Shown here in pieces: positions 49,218 through 59,133 of a DNA stretch of 64,000 nt. The stretch is from Psammoneis japonica. Lineage: Eukaryota. The notes under the pieces were generated by a model. It searched no databases and was not told where the DNA came from. It worked only from the letters and a program-made list of their open reading frames with translations. A program made the translations under genes and the position numbers. The stretch is taken from assembly GCA_008632985.1 (NCBI GenBank), contig QPGO01000122.1, positions 62,001-126,000 on the forward strand, in the 5' to 3' direction. Within the stretch, counting starts at the first letter, position 1. The number at the start of each line of letters is the position of its first letter.

Positions 49218-51575
49218 ATGGGAGCAAAATTAACGCTTTTCGTGGCGTTTGTGCGGTATGCCGACACCTTTTCTGTCGTCCCTCCGTGCTTCGGTGGCCG
49301 GCTGCACATGAGAAAAACAACACCATTGCAACAGGCAAGCGATGATTCTTTGGAGGACCTGCGTCGAATTGTAGCGCAACGCGATGCGGATTGGTATCGT
49401 GAATTCGTTGTAGATGTATTGGGAGAAGAATACGAAGCACCGCCAGGAAACAACGACGACACGCATGAGGAACCGACTGAAACAACGAGCGAATCATCAT
49501 CAGTGACAGAGACCGCAACGACCGAACCACTCGATATTGCCTCAAAATCCGAAAAAGAACACCAGGATAACGTCGAAGAATCGTCTAGTTCTGATGACGT
49601 TCATGCTTCTTCACGAGATCCATCTCATGATGTTGAATTACGTCCCGCATCGGATCATGATGATCCGGACAACGCGCAAAGTGAACCCTTCATTATATCT
49701 GATTTCGATAATGGCGTTTCTTCATCAATGCAGTCTCAAGATGAAGATCTGTATCCCAGTCTTAAATTATCCCTTGCAGAGAATGCTGATGTCTTGAACT
49801 GCGAAGAAAAAGAGGAAGAAGAAAATACGAACGAGGCACTCGTCAATATCACCGAACAACCAGAGGCTGAAGCGGATATCGATCCAAAACATCTTAAAGG
49901 TGAAACAGAGGCAACAGAAAAGCGAGAATCGGATAGTTTACAATATAACAAGAATGAGGCAGACGAGGAACCAACCAAAGCTGAAAGACCTCCTCTGGAG
50001 GTTGTTGATGAATCGCCAGTTCCGGTAAAGGAAACAATGAAAGCAAAAGATGAAGCTATACCTCCAACGGAGGTTGTCAATGAATTTCCTGTTCTAGAAG
50101 AGGCTCCATCAAAAGCGGGAGATGAAGATGGAAGACATCCTTTGGAGGCTGCGGATGAACTGCCTCTCCCGGAAAAAGAACCAAAAGTGGAAGAGGAAGC
50201 GAGACCTCCTCTGGAGGTGGTTGATGAATTACCTCATTCACCAAAAGAAGAAGCAAAATCCGCTCGTGAAAGTAGTCTCGATGGTATTAGCCCATCACAA
50301 GTCAGAGACGAAGGAACCGTGTCGCAAGATGTAGTCAAAGAAACGAGCAAAAAGCCACAGGATGAAAGTGCCCACGCAGGGGTTGCCAAGGATCAAATCA
50401 CAGAAAAAGAATCAACAGAGTCGATAGAACTCCAGAACGAAGGCCGACCCGGCAATCATGACAACAATGCGTCAGTATCCCAACCATTAGAAACGGATTC
50501 AGCTTGGAAAGACGACAACGAACAAAACTATGTTGTGGAATACCGAGATTTGTACAGCAAATCCGTCCGAACCGTTCCCTTGACGACCTTGACAAAGCTA
50601 GGATATCGTAAAAGTGAAATACCCTTCTTGCAACCAGATGCTCTCGACTTGATTGTGCAAGACAAGATTCCAAAGCCGTCGACTGGATTGCCTTCTCATT
50701 GGAAGATTTCAAAAAACGTAAAGAAAGTTCTAACCGATGATGTAAGAATTGTCGAAAAAACCAAAAGAAACAAACAGCAAAATGGAGGATCAAACGCCTG
50801 CAGCTTTGACGGAAGACGATCATGAAAAGGATGAGGTTGGTAGGAATGCTACTTTGAGTAGACGACCAGTGAGCGTCCGGGATGAAGACAAGGAGGATTC
50901 TCAAAGGCGGGTACCACCCAGTCAGCAAGAAAAAGGAGTAGACGAGTTGAGCCGCCGGAAAGAAGGGAGAGAAGACGCGAGGAGCCACGGATAGAATCAA
51001 GGAGAGAACGAATGCCCCCAAAGTCAACAAGACGAGCTTCATCACAACCGAGGCCGCAGCGAGCTGAAGCAAGACGACGCACCTCGAACGCGACCAAGCG
51101 AATATATACAGGTCGACGAGGAAAGTCAGTGCAGTTGCCAAGAGGAATTATGCAAAACAATACCCCAAAGAGGACAGGTCCTTGGATGGATATTAACACA
51201 TTTCGAGACTTGTTGAGCGCAGAGTCAAAAATGAGATTACGAATCCTTGGAGAAGGTTGGACGGATGCGGTGCGAGACGAAGCCGACTGGAGGTATTCTA
51301 CCTACGCCAAGTGGTTGGAAATGCTTGATACCGGAGTCGGAGAACCATTGTTTGAGAGTCGTAGTGACAGAGAACGGCGAAGAAAGAAAAAGCCAAGAAC
51401 AAAGAATATGGAGGCGGACTTTGATCCGGGTAGTAGGCGCTCGGCGGAAGGAGAGCCGAGACAACAGACCCCCAGAGCACGACAAGATAGAATTGTCTCG
51501 GATAGACGACTAGACGAGCGCATGAATGCATCAGCCGAGCGTCGCCGAAGAACGAAGGACCACAACCACGAATGA
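49218..51575 (+). CDS. Acidic low-complexity protein with signal/transit-like N-terminus; frame broken by two compensating shifts (~50760 and ~50890-50990)
   Basis: ORFs 49218-50825, 50749-50994 and 51012-51575 abut; the paralogous fragment at 52068-52289 reads RIVEEKKKETNSKMEDQ in one frame, which supports the join. Confidence 0.7.
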
Positions 51576-51959
51576 GAACGGGAGACGCCAGAATCAAGCA
51601 AGATAAACGAACCGAACGACGGAGATAAGAAGAAGCAACTTGTAGCATGCAGCGCCAATGCAATGAGTCCAGATAGAACGTTTGACGTCGGGGTCGATGT
51701 CTTACCGGTATGTACCTGCTATCTCAACCATGATTTTGCACGTCACACATTTGGAGCCATCTTGGAGGCCAAGCAACGGTGATTGCGTGTGATGGAAATT
51801 GAGATACTACTTCTACATTGCTTATACATAACGTGAGTGAAGTTGGGTACGGTTCGATTTTTCCCTCGTGGTCGGATTTGGAAAAGGCTACGAGCGCCGA
51901 TTCGACCGACACTTTCGGAGTTTGAGAAAGCAAACCATTGTTCCATAGAAAGAATGAAG

Positions 51960-52290
51960 AAGATCATAAAATCAAAAGTCTATTCTGGTGCTATAGAAAC
52001 CAGAGGGAGTCTTGATCGATTCAACTTGTTGGGACTTTTCTTCTGGTTTTGCAAGCCATCCTAGTATTTGGTTTCGATAATGACATTTCTTCAATTCCAA
52101 AGCCGTCGGCAGGATTGCCTTCTCGTTGGAAGATTTCACAAAAAGGTAAAGAAAGTTCTAACCAATGAAGTACGAATTGTTGAAGAAAAAAAAAAAGAAA
52201 CAAACAGTAAAATGGAGGATCAAGCTCCTGCAGCTTTGACAGAAGATGAATTTGGAAAGGATGAGCTTCCCGACGTCAAAGATCCTTGAG
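51960..52290 (+). pseudogene. Partial duplicate of 50500-50840
   Basis: ATTCCAAAGCCGTCG..GGATTGCCTTCTC..GGAAGATTTCA and KKVLT.EVRIVE..ETNSKMEDQ.PAALTED are shared. Confidence 0.8.
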
Positions 52291-52891
52291 AATTATTGTC
52301 CGCATCACCCTCTACCTCTATAGCATGAACAGCAACCAAACTTCCTTTTAGCGCCAAAACCGCCTCATTGTAATGTTCAGTACCAGAAACGATCAGGTCT
52401 TTCTGAAGAAAGCACGCTTTGTTCGCGTCAAAGTCCCCACGTCCAAAGACAACTTCTAGTGTGCCCCGAAAGGATTCTCCATTGCTCTCCACAAAGTTCT
52501 CCAAATCCTTATCCCCCATCACAAAAAGCGTTTGAAGAAAATCATCCGCTTCACCAAAGCGCCCTTGTCGACGGAAATACACGTTCAGTAACTCAAGAGC
52601 GAGTCGCTTCTCCTCGTTGTCAAGAATTTGTTCTGAGGCCAGCTCTTCCAGGAAGCGGTTCCGATTCTCCTCATAATTGCCATCCCCGTAGAAGTTCCCA
52701 ACATGCCGTTCCGTTAACAAATAATCTTTAAGCTCGCCTTTGCTGTGCATGCAGCGCAGGAAATTACAAAAGGCGTACGAGCCGCTCCAGTCGTGCGGCT
52801 TCCATCTTCTTGAATGCTTTGTTCTTTTTGCGAAGAACTCTCCGGGCTTTTCGTCGCCGACCTCAAGAAAATGGACACTCACACCCGGCAT
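52220..52891 (-). CDS. Hypothetical protein (223 aa)
   Basis: ATG-initiated ORF with normal composition and protein-like residue usage; the last ~70 nt run antisense into the duplicated fragment. Confidence 0.55.
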   Translation of the reverse strand: MPGVSVHFLEVGDEKPGEFFAKRTKHSRRWKPHDWSGSYAFCNFLRCMHSKGELKDYLLTERHVGNFYGDGNYEENRNRFLEELASEQILDNEEKRLALELLNVYFRRQGRFGEADDFLQTLFVMGDKDLENFVESNGESFRGTLEVVFGRGDFDANKACFLQKDLIVSGTEHYNEAVLALKGSLVAVHAIEVEGDADNNSQGSLTSGSSSFPNSSSVKAAGA

Positions 52892-52989
52892 TGTGGTGCT
52901 GCATACCGTGCACTTGAGTATTTATGATGAGTTGAAATTTTGTACGCACAGTTACCCCACATGCGATATACCCAGGCTATCCAGCAGTT

Positions 52990-54770
52990 CCTCTCAGCCA
53001 GAAGAAGAAGAGAAAAGGAAAAGAAAGCAAAAAATGAACATCAATGAAGTTTTGATGCGGGGTGCTGTGCAGCAATGCCGCAGCACGCAGTGCAGACGGA
53101 CGCACACAGGTGCAGACGCGCCACGTCCCGGCGACTTTACAAGTGGTGGAGGCAGGCCGTTGAGGAACTCGGGAGTGGCAGGTGGGGTGCGTTGGGCACG
53201 TCGAATTCGGCACGAAGTGTCGCACGTTTGTGCGCGCAGAAGGATGTGGATCGCCAACGCCTGTTGGAACACAGCACACAGCAGTCAGCACACCTCTGTC
53301 ATCACGGCGTCAGAATGGCGGAGGAGAACATCGTTCCGTCTGGCAAAACAGCTCCGGAAGTCATGCGAGAACTCACGGGCACTGAAGGCATGACTGCGGC
53401 GGCAGTTGCCATGACTCCAACAAACCAAGAGTGTGTGAACGCAAATGTCACACAAAATGGAGCAACAGAGAAAAAAATGGATTTGCAACAACAAACGACG
53501 TGTTCCAGCTGCACGTGAACCAAATCGTGCACAAAAAAGACATTTGCACAATTTTTGCGTGGTCCCCAACTTACGATCGAACTTTCACCACCAAAAGAGT
53601 AGATTTGCACAAATGCAAATGTTTTGCAACACTGACAAAACTCGTGTGAGTGTTGCAATGTCGTTGTCATTGTGCTGTCTGTGTTTTTCATTGCATCAAA
53701 AGATTCGCAACACAACGGATGATTTTCGGCTAAAACATTGCCATTGTTTGGATGTTGCCTGAATGTGTCTTTCTGCGATGCTGCTTGGCAGGTTTTCCAC
53801 CTGCAAAGAAATCTCAGCATAAATCTGCTGACACAAAATCAGCGTTGAGTCTGCTGAGGAAGTTTGTGACACATGTCCCATGAGGATTTGAACACCCCTC
53901 AAAAAATCATTCAAATGTTCATGCTCTAGAAGCCCACAAAAGTCAATCCATCCAAGCATTTTGCATGAAAATGCTGCACACACTGAAGGATGCACAAATT
54001 GTGTTCAAAATCGATTGTCGTTTTGTGCGTCACCTGGGACTGGAACACGTCAAACAAAGAAGTCAGACGAGCCAAAGAAAACTGGAGAGGACAAGAAAAG
54101 GGTGCAGACAGATGCGGAACTGTTTCAGTCAGCAATGAACAAAGAAGACGGGGAGAAGATTGCGGTGGAAGAAGCAAAAGCGGCGCTCGAGCTTGCTTCG
54201 GGAAATTGTGGTGTCTCATCTGCACTTGTGCCAGACAACACGAGAGTGGACAGTTGTCGTGTGGAAGCAACGGTCGTGCCCAGGGATGATTCAACCATGG
54301 AGGAGCTAAAGGCAGCATGGGCGGCAGCACCACCACAGACTGGTGGGAGATTTTTCACCGAGGAGGAGCTGGAACAAGCGGGAGCAACGGAGCAGGAGAA
54401 GGAGCAAGCAAGGATCCTGCGGAACAAGCACAGACAGAAACAATGGAATGGGCACAAGCCACAACTAACTGTTTGGCAAAGACAACCGCGTCAATGCGTA
54501 AATTTCGTGCACTTGGACTTTCACTTGAGCCACCGCGGATCGAGCATGGACAGAAATGGTGGAATGGGCGCAAGCCACAACTGGCTGTTTCACAAAGACA
54601 ACCGCATCAACGTGCAAATTTCACGCACTTACACTTTCACTTAAGCCACGCACCTCGAATTAGACAACATCAACATGCACAGTTAACTCGTGAAACCTCA
54701 CAGAAGACAGAACGGTCAGAAGCAAAACAACCAGCACCACGCACTACTCTGGCCCCAACGCACATTTATT
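52990..54770. other. TpA-depleted degenerate block with CpG partly retained; ~115-bp-period duplication at ~54437-54648
   Basis: Composition; repeated GGAATGGGC.CAAGCCACAACT...AAAGACAACCGC...ACTTTCACTT.AGCCAC. Confidence 0.5.
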
Positions 54771-55070
54771 AGTCAGGTCGCGTGGGTCGCGCAGAAGTGC
54801 GCACCGTACAGCACAGTAGCACCCTGTTTCGAAAGAACAACCGTTATATGTTTTAATTAATTTGGACGCCCGGCGCAAAACTCACTTAACAGGTAAAAAA
54901 ATGCAGCAAAATGATTGGTGCAAGCAATCGTCACGCCTCTATTTTCTGATAGCAGCGAGCGCGGCAATCCAAAATCTTTTGGTTTCAGACTTCGAAGTAG
55001 AGAGTTCCCCTCTACCAGCACTAGAGAGAGAGGAGGAACCAACATCGATGGAAAGCTGAGAGTCTGCTCA

Positions 55071-57558
55071 TTCCGGAATAGATTTGGCAACTTTCAGAAG
55101 AAGTAACCCGAAAGTTCTCTGAAAGTTGATGTAAATATAACATCACATGTCTGTACACACACACAACCTTGAAACGCGCCAGAATTTTTACATCATCAGA
55201 TTCACCACCACCCGCAAGACTTCTGCGATACCGTGCTAAAGTTCGAGACTAGAGACACGGCACGGAGGAGATATCGTCTCACAAAAAAGCAGACGCAGCC
55301 ACACAGCTGTCACAGAAGCCACCCGCAACAACAGAGCAGCCGTGCAGCATGCCCACTTCGACCCTTGAGGCGCCAATCATGAAGGCGTCTAGGGCCCCTT
55401 CTACCATAAGTGGCGATAAGTCTGCAATCAAAACGTTTGACGCGTTTCAAGACAAAAAACAAGACAAGCCGTTTCACGGATTGGAGGAACGTCATGTGGA
55501 TGGATGCCACCTCAGGACACTTGTGATGCGCTTCAGCAAGTTCTTGTCGGATGAGCCCATCTATCGGTATGACAATCCCTCCAACGGGCTAGTAGGAATT
55601 GACGGAAAGCAGCGAATTTTTGGAAAGGTCAAAGAAGCGCTAAAAATGAAGTTCCCCAAGCACCCTGACTGGGAAGACGAGGACAAGTGGTGCAAGCCTC
55701 TGTTCAAAGATGTGGCAAAGGCCACTGATAAAGCCAACCTCCTTAGCATGGAGCATTCTGACAAAAGGACTTTGCCCCTGGTTCCAAACGTGTCTTCAGA
55801 ATATGTTCGAGCCAAGCAGCGAAATACTATTCTTACGTCTGACAGAAATTCAATGTTGAGACGCGAGAACGGTGCATTCGCAAACGACATCGAGACGTTG
55901 CTTCTTGCTCTTGTTCTGCAATGCAATTATCCAATGATGAATAATGGCCCTCTTCAGCAGCGTTGCTGGATTTTGATGGGTGCTATGGCTGCTGGACGTG
56001 GAGGGGAAGTGAGGCATCAACGGTGTGATGAATGGTTCTGGGATTTATTTTATGAGAATTTGGAAGCAACGTGGTGTGAGCCGAAGACTGTGGATTTGTA
56101 TGGACTCCTCTTCCCACCAAACAAAAAGTCTTATCTCTTTGATCTCTACCATGCTTTCGCGTGTTTCTATTCTTGTGAGAAAGGTCTCTATCGTCCAGAC
56201 AGCATGGAGAAGGAGCTCCACAAGTACACTTTTCCAGACTTGTGGAGCGTGAGCGACAAGTATGTTGCCGCTAAGTTGACGTCTATTATTCGAAGCAAGG
56301 TCAACCCGGTTCTACAGAACGATTGTTCTTCTAAGTCTATTCGAGTTGGTATGGCTACATTCTTGAATTCGCATCGAGGAGTGTCAGTTGAAGAAGCGGA
56401 CGCTCGAGTTGGATGGGCGCCCGGAGCTGCCAATGGCAAGACTTACAAACGAATTACACCGCAGCTCACTCTTCCAGCGGCAAACGCGATGATGGGCTGG
56501 GATGATACTGCCGGCAAGAAATTTGCTCCAAACTTGGAATGCCTTGGGAGCCATGTACAAGATGATGTTGAACGTCTCATTGAAAAATTGTGTGTGATCT
56601 CTGACTCTCTTGCTCAATTTCTGAAAGGAGGGGAGCTGCGTCCCTTCTTGCGTTCTTGCACGGCTAGTGTGATTCGGCATCACGCTGAAGTTTCGAAGGA
56701 GCTTCGTCAAAACCATCAAATCGTGTACACGTTGGAGCGTGCTGCAGCAGAAGCGAAGATTCGTGATGGTGACACGGCTGACACCTCACAAGTGCTTCGG
56801 ATCTGGGGAAAGAAAATAGACGCTAGCTTTCAAGACCGCAACCCGGATCTTTCAAGTGACATCAACCTTGCTTTACAGATAAAGCAGCAGAATGAGCTAC
56901 TGTCTCGTGTATTGTCAGTGTGTGATGCACAACGTACCGAGCTTTCCGAGCAAGCCCACGCGATTCGCAACTTGGAGATGGCTCAGCTTGAGGCCAATCA
57001 GTCCAGTAAGAAAAGGAATGTTGAACTCCTGTCATCGGAGGAGGAAGATAGCACGACGGATTTTGCGGACGAAAAAACATCCAATCGAGACGGCGGCATC
57101 GAGTGCAACGTTGTTGATGAAAACGCCGGCTCCACTCAAAACAACAATGTGGCTGCCTATGCTGTAAGCCCACCAGATGCTGATGCCACTGCTGCTGATG
57201 ATGGTGACGCGCCGGCTGCTTCTCGACGTCGTGTGGATTCTGACGAGTCAGCCACTGCGACTCAGCCTGTCACGGCCTCCACGCGAAAGCAACGACCTCC
57301 CGCTGTCGCGACACTGTTCTCGGCCGGAGTTGTGAGTAAGAAGTTTTCAAACAAAAAGAAAAAGAAACTGACATTGCAGGAGCAAGTGGATGGCTTGGTA
57401 AACAGCACAGGCGCAAAAATCTCTCTGCATGCATGCCCAAGTTTCTTCAAGCAGCATGGACACCTTTCTTCGTCATCCAAGGAGCGGCTTTTGCACCTCA
57501 AGTTTCCAAACAGTGAAGCAGAGCCACAGAAGCTGCGCGCGAAAGTTCAATTTTTCCG
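55071..57558 (+). mobile_element. Internally deleted, inverted copy of the tyrosine-recombinase/RusA element (2488 bp)
   Basis: Reverse complement of 59506-61968 joined to the reverse complement of 57726-57752; TTCCG at both ends (55071-55075 and 57554-57558). Confidence 0.9.
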
Positions 57559-57862
57559 AATCTCCATGCCGTACCGTAGTCCATTTCGGTTGCTCGCCAA
57601 TCAAAGAAATGAGGCACAACATTTTAATTATTTTAATAATTATATATATTTCAATGATCACACCCAAAACTCATACCTCATCTTCCGAAAAAACCGCCAG
57701 AGCTTACCCCCCCATTCCCCCCCCACGGAAAAATTGAACTTTCGCGCGCAGCGCGAACTTTCGGCGAAAGTTGCCCCCTTTTGGAGCGCGAAGCGCTCCA
57801 ACTTTCGGCTGAAAGTTGGGAAACGGAGGGGGCGCGCGGAGGAAAAAAAGTTCGTCCGTTGA
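55349..57862 (+). CDS. Tyrosine recombinase, C-terminally truncated at 57532; the ORF runs on into non-homologous sequence
   Basis: AAGRGGEVR (catalytic Arg box), SSKSIRVGMAT (HxxR-like), ARVGW, GKTY (catalytic Tyr candidate); many Y->C/H changes versus the other copy. Confidence 0.75.
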   Translation: MPTSTLEAPIMKASRAPSTISGDKSAIKTFDAFQDKKQDKPFHGLEERHVDGCHLRTLVMRFSKFLSDEPIYRYDNPSNGLVGIDGKQRIFGKVKEALKMKFPKHPDWEDEDKWCKPLFKDVAKATDKANLLSMEHSDKRTLPLVPNVSSEYVRAKQRNTILTSDRNSMLRRENGAFANDIETLLLALVLQCNYPMMNNGPLQQRCWILMGAMAAGRGGEVRHQRCDEWFWDLFYENLEATWCEPKTVDLYGLLFPPNKKSYLFDLYHAFACFYSCEKGLYRPDSMEKELHKYTFPDLWSVSDKYVAAKLTSIIRSKVNPVLQNDCSSKSIRVGMATFLNSHRGVSVEEADARVGWAPGAANGKTYKRITPQLTLPAANAMMGWDDTAGKKFAPNLECLGSHVQDDVERLIEKLCVISDSLAQFLKGGELRPFLRSCTASVIRHHAEVSKELRQNHQIVYTLERAAAEAKIRDGDTADTSQVLRIWGKKIDASFQDRNPDLSSDINLALQIKQQNELLSRVLSVCDAQRTELSEQAHAIRNLEMAQLEANQSSKKRNVELLSSEEEDSTTDFADEKTSNRDGGIECNVVDENAGSTQNNNVAAYAVSPPDADATAADDGDAPAASRRRVDSDESATATQPVTASTRKQRPPAVATLFSAGVVSKKFSNKKKKKLTLQEQVDGLVNSTGAKISLHACPSFFKQHGHLSSSSKERLLHLKFPNSEAEPQKLRAKVQFFRISMPYRSPFRLLANQRNEAQHFNYFNNYIYFNDHTQNSYLIFRKNRQSLPPHSPPTEKLNFRAQRELSAKVAPFWSAKRSNFRLKVGKRRGRAEEKKFVR

Positions 57863-58098
57863 ATCTTGGCTGTGAATCGTGAGAGTGCGTTAAGTCGTGC
57901 GTCAAGTCGTGCGTTGAGTCGTCTTGAAATTTGAAAAAAAATCAAAAATCAATCGAAACACGAAAGCTCACGCGATGAGCGATGGAAACATGTTACCGTC
58001 GCACGCGAATCCTCATACGGAAGGCCTTTTCTCCTACTGTACTGTGGAGGATACTGTAGAGAAGTTTCCTGAATACCCAAAGTGCAGTGGATGGCAGA

Positions 58099-58725
58099 AT
58101 GGTTAAGAAGCGAAGTTTTGAGGGAGGAACTGCCGACGACGCAACAGTTGTAGACAGCGCAAGCGACGACGAAGGTGGAAAAGACTTTGAGAGTGTGGCT
58201 ATTGCTCCAAACCTACCGGCATCATCAAGATTTGGCAGTGCTGGCAAAGGTGAACCATCAAGGAAGAAGAAACGAGGGCGTCCTCGAAAGATCCGATCGC
58301 CCAAATTCTCCATCTCGGACACGCCCATATTTTCATACACCGGATCTTCCATTGAATTTGACGTTGTCGGAAAGCCAATGCCAAAGTCAAGACCAAAGCA
58401 TGGGTGGAATGGAAATGTTTGCAATCCAAACCAAGCTGATGAGAAAGAGTTTGCAAGTGTAGCATCAGATCTCTGCCGATCAAGACTAGATTCAGTACCA
58501 AAGTTCCGTGACGGTGTGTTGTTGAAGGCTCGGATTGAATTTACTTTTCCTGGGAAGAGTCTCAAGGATACAGGAGACATTGACAATCTCTGTAAGTTTG
58601 TTTTGGACAGCTTAAACACAGTATTGTATCAAGATGATTGGCAAGTGTCACACTTATCGGCGAAAAAGGTGCTTGCTTCGTCCGAATCTGCCGGACGTAC
58701 AGCAGTCGAATTGAAGCGAATTTGA
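58099..58725 (+). CDS. rusA: RusA-family Holliday junction resolvase with an N-terminal AT-hook
   Basis: FDVVGKPMPKSRPK N-terminal strand; GDIDNLCKFVLDSLNTVLYQDDWQV matches the RusA DxDNxxK..D.L....DD.QV catalytic signature; KKRGRPRK AT-hook. Confidence 0.85.
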   Translation: MVKKRSFEGGTADDATVVDSASDDEGGKDFESVAIAPNLPASSRFGSAGKGEPSRKKKRGRPRKIRSPKFSISDTPIFSYTGSSIEFDVVGKPMPKSRPKHGWNGNVCNPNQADEKEFASVASDLCRSRLDSVPKFRDGVLLKARIEFTFPGKSLKDTGDIDNLCKFVLDSLNTVLYQDDWQVSHLSAKKVLASSESAGRTAVELKRI

Positions 58726-59133
58726 AACAAATAATTCTATACGATTATAACAAGCACTGTATCACCTACTCACTTGACGTGTGCCTAGAGTAGTCATGTT
58801 TTATTTTAGCCCACTTGTGTCGTGAGACAAGCACTTGCTTCGTCTGAATCGGCTGGACGCACGGTCGTCTCTCTGAACCAAATTTGAAATAGATAGTATA
58901 TTATTTCACTTGGCATGTGCTATACCTTACTTTGGTGCACTTCTTTGACTGGCAAGTTGTGGAGCCGTCGGCATGAAAAGTATACATTTTTCGTCTGAAT
59001 AGATCGGACGCATGACAATCTGGCGGACGCAAAATCTGGAGTCGTTGCACCGCACCAAATATGAAATAGACAGTTCTATAAGCTTCTATTGGTACAGTAA
59101 CACACAATTACTTTACATACATTTTACTTTCAC

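Noticed and set aside
57533..57862. C-terminal 110 aa of the 837-aa ORF as a real domain
   Set aside because: It is read-through past the deletion breakpoint into the element end and spacer.
57993..58619. 208-aa minus-strand ORF
   Set aside because: Antisense shadow of the RusA gene with no motif.
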